Below, piece by piece: positions 1-10,939 of a DNA stretch of 20,000 nucleotides (position 1 is its first letter; each line of letters starts with the position of its first letter). The translations under genes and the position numbers were made by a program. The notes under the pieces are model-generated. The model was not told where the DNA came from and made no database searches. It saw nothing but the letters and a program-made list of their open reading frames with translations. The stretch is from Microthyrium microscopicum. Lineage: Eukaryota. The stretch is taken from the NCBI GenBank assembly GCA_010405405.1, contig MU004234.1, positions 2,757,149-2,777,148 on the forward strand, read 5' to 3'.

Positions 1-3000
1 TATTAATAGTAGGACCTTATCTCCTATACAAAATGACATTAAGGTATGCTTCTTATTATAGAACTTAGCTTAGTATTCTATTGCTTTTCCCTAACGTTCT
101 GCTATCTTTTCTTAGTCTTATTCCATTCTTACTACTCTTTGCTTTACTACCGCTACCTTACTTCCCTCTTCTTCAAGCCTATCCTTAGAGTCTACAAGAA
201 AGTCTACTAAGAGGGTTGGTTTATATTCCATTTTGGCTATATTTAGGGTGCAGTTAAGTATTTCATTGTAAGACGCATTCATTACCTATTATGCCATAGG
301 CAGGAGGCTCAACCAGTTCGTCTGGTTTTTAGTAGTAAAGGCTTGCAGGTAATATCTCAGTACTAAGTTTTGCCGCTCAGTCTAGCCATCAGTTTGTGGA
401 TGCCAGGCTGTAGATAGCCTGCGTTTTACCTTTCTTACCTAGCATAGTTTAGTCCAAAATTCACTTATAAAGACAGATCCTCTATCTAATATAATGCCTG
501 CTAGTAGGCCTTTTTCTAAGAAAACTCTTCTTTCTACAAGTTCCGCTAGCTCTTTAGCGATTACATCTTTTATAGTTTCAATATACCTTGTTTGTTTAGT
601 ATACCAATCCACAATTACTAGTACGGCGTCAAACGTCATAAGTCTACGTTTGCAAGGCGGTAAACCTATAATAAAGTCTATAGTGATTTCTTGCTATAGT
701 CAGGTTAGTTGAGGTAGAGACTTCAACTCGCTATAGGGTCGATACCATCTCGCTTTTATTCTTTAGCAAACTAGGCAAGTCTTTACGTACGCCTATACGT
801 CCTCTTCTATCTTTGGCTAGTAAAACTATTTGTAGAGTAGTTTTATAGTGCCTTAGACTCCTAAGTATCCTGCTAGTAGGTCATTATAGTACATTACTAA
901 GAGTTTGTCTCTTAAGGCGGGCTCATAGGGTATATATAGTCAGCCCTTATAGCAGAGGTAGTCTCTTTAGACTAACTAAGTGTTCTTTAGCTATTAGGTC
1001 TCTTTAGACTCTAGCTACGTATTAAGTACTTCTTAGATGCGCCTAAGTTCCTTATCGCCATCTTAGGCGACTCAGACTAAGGTAATTAGCGCGTCTAGAG
1101 CTTCTTTATCTACAATATACAGGTCTTATATTGCTTCTCTTACTATGATTCTCAGGATGTAGACGTAGTCTAGAGTAGCAACTACTTTCTAGGAGCTAAG
1201 AAAGTCTTCGCTCTCCTTACTTATGGCATCTTAGCTACTTATTTGCTTATAAGGCATCTCGCCTATCCCTAACACGTTTAGTGCTAGGTAGTACTTAATA
1301 TTAGACATCTCGTCTATAAGGTCATACTTATTTATCATTAGCGTCTCGCTAGCGAGTTGCTTTATTAGCTTAAGACTATTCACGAAGACTAGCTTTTTCT
1401 ATTCCTCCTCTAAGAGGAGTCCTAGCTTCTTCTAAAGAGTAGGCAGCAAGTCATTCGTAGCCCGTTCTATAGTAGCATAGTTGGGTCGTCTTAACGGCGC
1501 ATCTACAGGATTTGTCTTTCCGCTTTAATGCCTAATGTAGAAGTTATACTTTGCTAATACGATCGCCCAGCGCGCTTGGCGCCCATTTAAGTTCTTTTAT
1601 TTCATAAACCCTACTAGGTTATTATAGTTAGTCAGAATCTCAATAGGGTAGTAACTACCCTTAAGGTAATGTTACCAATGTTCCACAGCCTTAATAATGG
1701 CAAGGAGCTCCTAGTCATAGGTTTAATAGTTAATCTTAGCCTCTATTAATTTCCTTAACTAGAAAGCAACAAGGTGCCATCAGCTATCTTTCTACAGCTA
1801 GGAAAGGATACCTGCGACAGCATACTAGGACGCATTAGTTTTAAGGCGGATCCTCTTCTCTAAGTCAAAATATGCGAGGATAGGGGCTTTGCTAAAGGCT
1901 ACGCGGAGCGTACGAAACGCTTACACCGCTTCCTCCGTCTAGATAAAAGGTCCGTATTTCCTTCCAAGTTGCATACCCTTAAGCGAGTTAGTCAAGGGTT
2001 TTACTACCTTCAAGTAGCCTTCAATAAACCTACAGTAGAAATTTATAAAGCTAATAAACACTTATATATCGTTATAGCTCCTAGGCTCTAGCCATTTCGT
2101 AATAGACTTAACTCGACTAAGATCTATTTTTACTCCTTTTATAGAGACTACAAAACCAAGGAATTCTACCTCGTTAGTAAAGAATTAGCACTTCTTAGGA
2201 TTAGTATAAAGCCTAGCGGCTAGCAGGTGTTCTAACATGGTACGCACGTTGCGAACGTGATCCTTATATATTTTAGAGAAGACAAAGATATCGTTAAGGT
2301 AGACGATACAGATAATATCTAAGAGTCCTACTAATACTTTATAAATGTAGGCTTAGAACATAGCTAGGGCGTTAGTAAGTCTAAAAGGCATAACTTAGTA
2401 TTTATAGTGTCCATATTGAGTGCAGAATACTATCTTCCATTAATCTTGTTCTCTAACAGGTATCCAGGTATAGGCGTCCTTAAGGTCCATCTTAGTATAG
2501 TATGCCACTCCACTAAGTCAATCTAATATCTCGCTTATCAAAGGGAGTGGGTAACGATTCTTAATAGTAACTACGTTAAGCAGGCGGTAGTCTACACAAA
2601 GTCGTAATCCTCCGTCCTTCTTAGGCACGAAGAGTATAGGTACTCCAGCTAGGCTAGTTAATTCCTAGATCCAGCCTTTTGCAAGGGCTAACTCAAGGTA
2701 TTCCCACAGTGCCTCAAGTTCCGTTACCAACAAGTTGTAGATAGGTCCGAAAAAAGGGTCCACGGTTGTCTCAATAGCATGTTCAATGCCTTTAGGGATA
2801 GATTCATTCTCATCCCCAGCCTCAACTTAAGAGGCTAAATCCTACAACTCTTGCGGCAGTCCATTCTCCAGATTGATATCCGCCTACGAGCTTAGCTCAA
2901 AGCTAACACCAGAGATCTCTACCTTCCTGCCATTCAAGTACAGGTGCTCATCAAATTTTATAGTTAGTTCAAATACCTCGCTGCATTCTTGCAGCCCTTC

Positions 3001-3480
3001 CTCAAATATGCTCTAGTCCATAATCTCATATTTTGGCTTCTCTTTCCCGAATAGCCACTTCTTCTGCCCTAGGTAGATAGAGATATCGTATTTCTCTTGT
3101 AGGGGGGTTCCCCATACTACAGGGCAGGTATGTTTAGTCCAATCGAAAGAAAAGAAATAGTATTCAACGTCCTTATAGATACCAGAAGAGTCCTTACAAT
3201 AAAAACGCAGCTAATACGCACCATGACATTTGCTTCCCGTCATGTCGTCAGTAAAACCCATAGCTTGGATGCTTTCTACAGTCACTTTCTTAAGGCTACA
3301 GCGTTACGCAAGTTGTTCATTAATAATGTTAATTTAACTACTAGTATCTAAAAGGACGTTTACAGATCAGTCTCCCATAGTAAGAGGAAGGTTAGCTATT
3401 ATCCAAATCTATGCCCCTATAGTCTAATCTAGTGTCACGAGGATGAGGTTCTTAACCCCCGCAATACTCACTCTTTTCCT
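1..3480 (-). pseudogene. pol: pol of element A (protease, RT, RNase H, integrase); RIP stops but all motifs checked lie in one frame
   Basis: PR NVLLDTSS*INII from 3360 (LDTG). RT CIVYLNDIFVFS with YLND at 2301-2290 (YLDD). RH IRLKTNAS*YAVAGILS at ~1851-1801 (ETDAS). IN Zn finger YNDLLAGYLG...YVKTCLVC at ~890-765. Core ITIDF (D at 678), LDRGSVF, TAWHPQTDG*TERQN (E at 378). The supplied ORF 439..639 is part of this frame. Confidence 0.95.
3431..3480 (-). promoter_or_regulatory. Putative -1 ribosomal frameshift signal (slippery site plus stem-loop) at the gag/pol junction of A
   Basis: gag ends CTA GGA AAA GAG TGA and pol is in the -1 frame. A-GGA-AAA (3480-3474) becomes G-GGA-AAA if one TG->TA RIP change is reversed. 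A 14-bp stem (3468-3455 with 3444-3431) follows after a 5-nt spacer. Confidence 0.7.
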
Positions 3481-4631
3481 AGGTCAATTCCAGATCCCAA
3501 CGAGAGGGGGATAGTATTTAGGTTCCCCCTCTAGCCTCTATGTCCTAAGAAACCTCCTCGCCCTTAGGTAGCCCAAGGGCCTCTCAGAGGCTCATTGCAC
3601 TCATTTATATAATATCTAAACAGGTTACAATTATAATAAGTAATTCCCTCGTACGTCTTGCTATCTTTTCCAGGCTTTGTACTTACTAGCGGGCGAGTTA
3701 ATGGCGCATACCCTACACGACCTCCACGCCCCTATTATTCACTTTGGCCACCTTGCGAATTATAATTCGATCATAGGGGTCAAGGATTAACGTCACCTAG
3801 TAGGTCTTCTCGCGAGCGCTTGTGGGTAATTTGCCAAAAGCGTTCGGTAGCGTTAACTATGTCCAGTCTAGTAGTTAGGATGTGCTCCATCAATTCAATC
3901 TATTTCTATAGTTCTAGGGTTAGCTTAGCAAGGAATTTCAAGTATTGTTTATCTCCTTCGCGAGTCGTATCAACACCAAGTTAGGTCTCTAGCAAGTCTA
4001 AGTAGGCATTAAACTCTACAAGAGTCTAGGTAGAACGCTACTTAACTTCTTCAAGTTTCTTAGTGACCAAAAGTTTAGCTACAGTAGGGTAAGCGTATTA
4101 ATATTAGAGCTATTTTATAAACTTCTCCCAAGTCTAAGTTGGCAGCTTAATCTTCTTTTTCTTTAGGTTTTATTAAGTTTGTAGGTTAGGACTCATGAAC
4201 TAGCTAGCCTATCTAATGTAGCTTTCTTGTATAGCGAATTGAGAGGGTACCAAATAGAAAGCGTTTTCCGCGCCCACAGTCTAGTCGATAAGTTCTTATT
4301 AAGTCTTGCGTTGAAGAACCGTAAGGTTAGTAGGTTTTAGTTCTCTTAGTTAAGAAGGAGGAGGAGGATTCTGTTAGGAGGCCTACAATAAGGCTGTAAT
4401 CTCGTTATAAAGCTATTATATCTTAGCTACGCGTGCCTATTCTTATTCGTTAATTTAAGCTATTGCTACATAAAAGGCAGCTAAAGCGGCTTCTAAGTCT
4501 ATTAGTAGTAGTAGGCTATTATATTAACTTAAGTTATTATCTAAGTTATTATCTAAGTTATTATCTAGGTCTTTATCTTCATCTTCGCCTCCATTTCGGC
4601 CTCCATTAGAGTTCCTCGTACCCCTCATCAT
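3468..4631 (-). pseudogene. gag: gag of element A (387 codons, RIP stops) with CCHC zinc knuckle
   Basis: ATG at 4631 is in frame with YYNCNLFRYYINEC at 3638-3597 (CYNCNLFGHYxNEC before RIP) and with TGA at 3470-3468. Confidence 0.85.
4530..4577. repeat. 12-bp tandem repeat in the gag N-terminus
   Basis: TAAGTTATTATC x3 (4530-4565) plus a degenerate fourth unit TAGGTCTTTATC. It reads DNNL repeats on the minus strand. Confidence 0.9.
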
Positions 4632-5002
4632 TATAAGGATCTATCAGGCTTGCTACCATATAGTACGTTGAGAAGTATTAGAATTATAAAGGATAGTTTA
4701 AAGCAAGGGAAATAGATTCTAAGAACTAGTATCAAGACAAGACTAATACTTAATCTCTCTAGAGATCAAGTCTACCTCTTTACTTATACTCCTCTCTATC
4801 TCCTCTTTAGTAAGGCCACCTCTCCTTCTTATCCTCAGCTCTATTCAGCTTCGTCTCGTTATAGTAAAGGGTAGGCACTATCTGCATTAACCCAGCAGTT
4901 CGCTGGCGAAGAGCCTTCCTATAGCGTACTGCGAAAGTAGAGAGAGCGAGGAGGTAGCAGGATGCCTGCGCCTCTATAGCGAGTCTGCAGGGGTCCGTGA
5001 CA
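4632..5002 (-). repeat. 5' LTR of element A (~371 bp)
   Basis: Minus strand begins TGTCACGG and ends CCTTATA (RIPped CCTTACA) directly before the gag ATG. The partner LTR is outside the window, so the inner boundary is inferred. Confidence 0.7.
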
Positions 5003-6565
5003 AAAATCTTAGTATACTATATTTATACTTTATATAAGTAAACTAGAAGAAAGTATTTATATCTATATTAATTACTATAGCCTAAATAATATTACTATTA
5101 AAAATAGTAACGTCTTATTACTTATTAGTAAGATACTTATACGCTTTATAAAAGTAAAATATTACTTTAAGTTTAATATTATTATTATCTTTAAATATAT
5201 TTATATTAAACTTAGAGATAAATATAAAATAGTATTCTTAATACGCTATAGCCTATTTAAGTTTAAAGTACTACCTTTAAGCCTTATAGAGAGACTAAGA
5301 ATATTCTAAATATATATTAATTATATACTAATATAGTTTTTAAATAATTTTATAATAATATATTTAGATAATATTCTAGTATTTAGTAAAATACTAGAAG
5401 AATATAATACTTATATATATTTAGTACTAAACGTATTAAAATATATAGACTTATTTCTTAATATTAAGAAGTTAGAGTTTATTATTTAAAAGGTAAAATA
5501 CCTAGGTTTAATTATTACTATAAAAGGTATTAAAATAGACTCCTTAAAGGTTAATACTATAGTTAATTAAGAATAACTAAGTTATCTTAAAGATATATAA
5601 GTATTCTTTAGATTTACTAACTTTTATTAATAGTTTATATTTAATTACTCTACTATAGTAATACTATTAATAAATCTTACTTAGAAGGATACTTTAGCTA
5701 TATTTTCTAAGGACCTTAATAAGCTTAAGAAATAAGCCTTTAAGAAACTAAAAGTAGACTTTATTAGTATACTAATACTTTAGTACTTTAATTATACTAA
5801 GGAAACTTAAATAAAGATAAATATATTTAATTAGGCTTATACTACTATATTATTATAAAAAAATATAAATAGTAATTTAAGACTAGTTATCTTCTTTTTT
5901 AAAAAGATATTATTAGTAGAATATAATTATAATATTTATAATAAAGAACTACTTATTATTATCTACGCTTTTAAAAAGTAGAAACCTAAGTTATTTAGTA
6001 CTAAAGATATTATAAAAGTATTTTTAGATTACTAGAATGTTTAAATCTTTATAAAAACTAAAAAGCTTATATGCTATTAAATATACTAAACTAAATTCTT
6101 ATTATAATTCTACTTTTTAATTAAATACTACTCTAGTAAAGATAATAGTAAAGCTAATGCTTTAATTTAAAAATTATAAGATATACTCTAAAGTAATAAA
6201 GACCTACGAATTAAGTAATAGTATTAACTACTTCTATTCTTATATTAATTTAGTACTAAATAAGTTATTAAGCTAGTTATAATCCTTATTAATCTAATTA
6301 CCTTATTCTTTATATAGATAGCTATACTTACGTTAAATAAGTTAGATATTACTATAATAAGAGAGTTTAATTTAGAACTTATTATAGAGAGTTTTTAAAA
6401 TAAAGCTTTAGCTAGCTTAGATAATTTACTACTAATTAATACTAAATCCTTAGACTTTAACTTAGAATAGTTTATATAGAAAGTAATAAAGGTAAGTAAG
6501 AAAGATAAGTTACTGATTATAATTTAACTAGTAAAGATATAGAAAGACTACTTCTTATCTTTTAG

Positions 6566-7005
6566 NNNNNNNNNNNNNNNNNNNNNNNNNNNNNNNNNNN
6601 NNNNNNNNNNNNNNNNNNNNNNNNNNNNNNNNNNNNNNNNNNNNNNNNNNNNNNNNNNNNNNNNNNNNNNNNNNNNNNNNNNNNNNNNNNNNNNNNNNNN
6701 NNNNNNNNNNNNNNNNNNNNNNNNNNNNNNNNNNNNNNNNNNNNNNNNNNNNNNNNNNNNNNNNNNNNNNNNNNNNNNNNNNNNNNNNNNNNNNNNNNNN
6801 NNNNNNNNNNNNNNNNNNNNNNNNNNNNNNNNNNNNNNNNNNNNNNNNNNNNNNNNNNNNNNNNNNNNNNNNNNNNNNNNNNNNNNNNNNNNNNNNNNNN
6901 NNNNNNNNNNNNNNNNNNNNNNNNNNNNNNNNNNNNNNNNNNNNNNNNNNNNNNNNNNNNNNNNNNNNNNNNNNNNNNNNNNNNNNNNNNNNNNNNNNNN
7001 NNNNN
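6566..7005. other. Assembly gap (440 N)
   Basis: Run of N. It covers the position expected for the integrase Zn finger and core of B. Confidence 1.
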
Positions 7006-7604
7006 CTACCTTAAAATAGTATCTTAGATTCTTTATTAATTAGAATTAGGATAATTAGGTAGCCTTATTACTATTTACTAAATTTATAGTAAATTTTACT
7101 ATAAATACTACTACTAGTTTTATATCTTTTAAAATATAAAATAGTTTTCTACTAAAATTAGAACTTAAGTCTACTTACTATTTACTACCTAAAGTATTAT
7201 ACGCTTTTATTATAGCATATAAAAAAGTTATTACTACTAATTAAGTATAGAATAGTTAAGAAAAGCTTTATAAGTTCTTAAAGAAGTAATTAGTATAAGC
7301 TTAAGCTTAATAAAAGCTTTATACTAATAAGTATTAATATTTAGTACTAGATCTTTATTTTAGAGACTAGGTATAACTTAATATTTAAAATTATAATATA
7401 ACTTACCCTTTAAAAATACTTAATAGTAAAAGTACTAGTTTCTTTAAGATATTACGTAAAATTAATAAAGTAACTTATAAATTAGATCTTCTTAAATTAA
7501 TAAAGATATACCTAGTATTTTATACCTAGCTATTATATCTAATTAATAATAATATATATTTATTATAGAAATTAAACTTACTTTTAGTAGTTATTAGTAA
7601 AAAA

Positions 7605-7800
7605 GAAGGTAAAAAAGAATAGCTTATTAATACTATTATTAATAGTAAATAGGATAGTAGAGGTAAAAATAAAGTACTTAAATATAAAATTAAATAAATA
7701 GAATTTTATAATAAAACTTAGTAGCTTTAGAAAAATACTATTAATATACTTAATACTATATTAGAATTCTATAGGCTTTATTCTTAGAAGCCTAGTCTAT
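7605..7800 (+). other. Degenerate chromodomain at the integrase C-terminus of B
   Basis: EGKKE*LINTIINSK...LKYKIK*IEFYNKT**L*KN...ILEFYRLYS*KPSL reverses to EWLVDAIVDSK...YKIKWxGF.DETWQPWEN...EFHRLYPQKPGP, the chromovirus pattern. Confidence 0.85.
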
Positions 7801-8100
7801 ATCCTTTTTAATTCTTACTAGTAAATAAAGTTAAAGAAGAAAATTATAATACTAATAATCTATTTATAGATTAGAATTATATAGTATAAAAAGTATTATA
7901 TTTATTTATTTTTACTAATAGTATTATACTCCTAGTTTAGTTTTTAATTTATACTATTAAAAAAATTATAAAATATTATAAACTAGCTTAAATAGATATT
8001 CTCTTTTTTATTAAATAGATTTAAATAGTACTAAGATAAATAAATAGTATATTACTATATTCCTTAGTAGTAATATATATAAAGGAGTTTTATATTTATA

Positions 8101-8160
8101 TAGACTAGCTTAGCTTAGCCTAGATTAGCTTAGACTAGACTAGAATAGATTAAATTAGAA
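8101..8160 (+). repeat. Degenerate pentamer array (TAGnn)x12 in the 3' UTR of B
   Basis: tagac tagct tagct tagcc tagat tagct tagac tagac tagaa tagat taaat tagaa. Confidence 0.85.
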
Positions 8161-8182
8161 TATAGCCTATAAGGTTTATTTT

Positions 8183-8194
8183 AGAAAAGGAAAG
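8183..8194 (+). promoter_or_regulatory. Polypurine tract of element B
   Basis: AGAAAAGGAAAG (12 purines) lies 3 nt upstream of the LTR start TATAAG (TGTAAG). Confidence 0.75.
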
Positions 8195-8197
8195 TTA

Positions 8198-8421
8198 TAT
8201 AAGAAATCTTTATAAGTTTAGTATTATAGTATTTAGATACTAAGATCTAATCCTATAGATAAGATCTCTTTATCCTATTTAGGGTTAGTATATTTAAGGA
8301 TATTCTAGGCTTCTACTTCTTTATATTTATAGCTATATTTCTAGATTTCTTCTCTTTATGCTTAGATTCTATAATACTAGCTACTTTCTACTTACGTAAT
8401 TACGCTTATTAGCTTCTTATA
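8198..8421 (+). repeat. 3' LTR of element B (~224 bp)
   Basis: Inverted termini TATAAGAA...TTCTTATA (RIPped TG...CA). It follows the PPT, its 3' portion resembles the C LTR, and an unrelated integrase frame starts at 8422. Confidence 0.8.
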
Positions 8422-10313
8422 ATTTATTATTATTTATAGTTTCTTTAATAACTACTAGTAGTAAATTAGTATATTTAAGTAGCTTAGTATTATCTATAAT
8501 ATAGTAAAGGACCTAAGCGTAAAAGATATTATATATTTTTATAGAAGTAAGAAGATTAAGTTTATAAGTAATAGTATTAATTTTCTTAATTATATAAAAG
8601 GAGCCTATATTCTTATTATTTAGAGTCTTTAAAGAATATAAAGTAGAGTAGTTCTATATATCTAAATAAACTTAGTTACTTAGTAATAGGTTTAGAGCTA
8701 TATAGTAGTAATAGTTAGTATATTCTACCTATTAAGCTTATACTTAAATTAATTACTTTATTAAATAATTATATATCTTAGTATAACTCTTTTATATTAT
8801 ATCTATATTAATAGCTTCCTTATTAGTAGCTATAGAGATATTTATAGATTTTAAAAAGTTATATAAGGACTTAAGGCCTAATTAAGGATTAAATCTATTT
8901 TAAGCTTTAAAAGATATAACTCCTATAATAGTATTTATAGTAGAATTAATTATAAATTTAGTAAAAAATAGAAGAGCTACTTAGTTATTTTAATCCTAAT
9001 TAATAAATATATATAAGAACTACTTAAATATAATAACTAAGATTTTTGTTATATTATTAGTTTTAAAGTAAAATACTATACTAAGATAAAGTATTATATT
9101 TATATATTTATATAAGTACTTTTAAAATATAAAGGTAAATTAGCTACTATAATCTAAAAGAATTATTAATAGTTAGCTAATAAGCTTTTATATATAGTTA
9201 ATAAAGGCTAATACTATTAAGTTTATAGATAAGTCTAGTAATAAAATAAAGTATTAGGTCTATATATATTAATTAATAACTATTATAACGTACTAGTAGA
9301 TTACGTCTTAGTATAAATAGTAAAGTAGTAAAATAGTAAAATTAATAGAGATATTAAACTATATATACTTAGAGAAAGGGAATTAATATAGGAAGCTTTA
9401 CTTCTTTTAGTAAATAAGTTTAGTAAATATATATTTATAACTCTTAATAAAGCTCTTAACGTCTTATAATATTTTAGGCTACTAGTAGTTCTCTTATAGG
9501 TAGTAGTAAGTTATTATAGCTCTACTATAGCTTATAGCTTTATAGCTATACGTACTTTATATAGTACGTTACTAAAGCTTTCCTTAAGAAATAAAGATTT
9601 AGTTATAATAAAGAATTATTTTATTAGTAGCTACTATATAGTCTATAAGCTTAATTTATTCTTATTCTAAAGTACTAAAAAGTAAAAAGAGTTATTAGTT
9701 AGTTTTAGCGTAGTAGATAGTAATTATTATTTTATTATACTTTATTATATTTATAATATTTTATAAAAACTAGTTACTATTAAAATCTAGAAATAGGTTA
9801 TCTTTTAAGAAATTAAGTAGCTTACTCTTAAGCGTCTTATTATTACTAAAAGACTCTTTTATAGGATTAAGTAGCTTATCTATAAGATTAGAAATATCTA
9901 ACTTATTCTAAGTAATAGTAGCTAAGTATAGTATTAAAAGGTAAGTAGGTTTAATAAGTAATATAGCTAACTTTACTATGTATTTTATATTAAATTAATA
10001 TAAGAATAGTAAAGAATAGACTTACTAAGATATATAGAAGTTATTATTACTTTATAGTATATTTTATAATTAGTAGGTAAGAGTATCTACCTTTTTATTA
10101 GCTATATCTAGTTAGTACTTTATTTTAAAGTAAAACTAGAAAAAAAACTTAGCCTATTTAGCTTATTATTAAGAAAGACGTTTTATTATTATAAATATTT
10201 AAAGATTATAGTAATTAGAGAATACTTAAATAGAGTTAATAAAACTAAATAGCTCTAGTTCTTATTCCTTAAATATATAAATAATAGTTAGAAGTTCTTT
10301 ATTATAAATATTA
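8422..10313 (-). pseudogene. pol: Gypsy element D remnant: RNase H C-terminus plus integrase, truncated at both ends by insertions
   Basis: Minus strand: NIYNKELLTIIYIFKE*ELEL...VFSNYYNL...NKKVDTLT at 10312-~10076. FNISINF...IIVIN at ~9360-9270 (DISVDF, VVD). ILLDYSS*F at ~9165-9138 (SDRGSQF). TLNNKNIGSF...TYKLNLLTSIKIYNIFYA*VL at ~8626-8508 (GPF motif). Confidence 0.9.
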
Positions 10314-10541
10314 TATAAGGATTCTTTACTAAAGTATAATAGCTTTAGTATTAAGCTAGATCTTTATAAAATTCTAGCGGCGCTAGTCCTAATTAGGGCT
10401 AGCGTCTCTAAGGATTTACTAAGTATTATCTTTTTCTTTTCTTAGTATAAATTCTACTCTATCTTTCTCTCTTTCTTTATATACTAAATTATTAAATATT
10501 ATTTATTCTTTACTTAATTATGTACTTATTAAATTCTTATA
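10314..10541 (+). repeat. 5' LTR of element C (228 bp)
   Basis: Termini TATAAGGAT...ATTCTTATA. It is a direct repeat of 16423-16649, differing mostly by transitions. TATAAA at 10446-10451. Confidence 0.92.
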
Positions 10542-10554
10542 TAATCTAGCGTAC
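10542..10554 (+). promoter_or_regulatory. Putative self-priming primer-binding site (Tf1/MAGGY type)
   Basis: TAATCTAGCGTAC abuts the LTR. Its reverse complement GTACGCTAGATTA matches LTR sequence ATATACTAGATTA (16589-16601; ATATACTAAATTA at 10479-10491) with only G->A and C->T differences. Confidence 0.65.
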
Positions 10555-10939
10555 TTATTAAACTAAAAAAGTAACTTTAAAATTATTTATATATTTATTC
10601 TTAGAGATTAGTACTTCTAGATTTTAAAATCTATACTTAAGAAATAGCTTATATACGTTCTTACTTATAGACTTCTTAATATAGTTAGGTAGTATATTTT
10701 TACTACTTTCTAAAATACTAATTAATTATTTTTAATAAAGTATTTAATATAAATACTTAAATTTTATAGTAGTCTAAGCTCTTAGAACTTCTCTATTTAG
10801 CTATATAGAACCTTTACTTTTCTGCCTTTTTCTATACTACTAACTTATATTCTAATTACCTTTAATTTATTAATCTATTTATCCTTAGTAATTAAGAAAT
10901 TATTTAATTATTATTACTTATTATTACTTCTATATAACT

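Larger units (their letters stand above)
1..5002 (-). mobile_element. Ty3/gypsy LTR retrotransposon A (5' LTR-gag-PR-RT-RNaseH-IN), moderately RIP-mutated; 3' end lies outside the window
   Basis: Minus-strand domain order is gag, PR, RT, RH, IN (gypsy order). The element starts TGTCACGG at 5002, exactly where base composition drops abruptly to very AT-rich. Confidence 0.95.
5004..7889 (+). pseudogene. pol: pol of element B (true stop position uncertain; spans an assembly gap)
   Basis: IYINYYSLNNITIKN at ~5058-5105 (CIDYRGLNNITIKN). YLDNILVFSK at 5361 (YLDD). RH ET*IKINIFN at 5802 (ETDASD) and YNIYNKELL. IN TLK*YLRFFIN*N*DN*VALL at 7008. GPF-like segment SFFKILRKINKVTYKLDL...IYLVFYT*LL at ~7435-7535. 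Confidence 0.9.
5003..8421 (+). mobile_element. Chromovirus-type Ty3/gypsy element B, 3' half (RT-RH-IN-chromodomain-PPT-3' LTR), heavily RIPped
   Basis: Begins mid-RT immediately after the LTR of A and ends at an LTR terminus (TTCTTATA) at 8421. Confidence 0.9.

Noticed and set aside
439..639. 66-aa ORF as a standalone gene
   Set aside because: It is a stop-free stretch of the integrase core (VIVD...LDRGSVF) within the RIPped pol of A.
494..712. 72-aa plus-strand ORF
   Set aside because: Antisense to integrase with no recognisable motif; a chance ORF.
960..1480. Extra domain between RNase H and integrase of A, with short EMP/EMS/ETL motifs
   Set aside because: B and D have comparably long linkers, and the motifs are too short and irregular to call.
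3130..3351. 73-aa plus-strand ORF
   Set aside because: Antisense to the protease in a lightly RIPped patch; no independent support.
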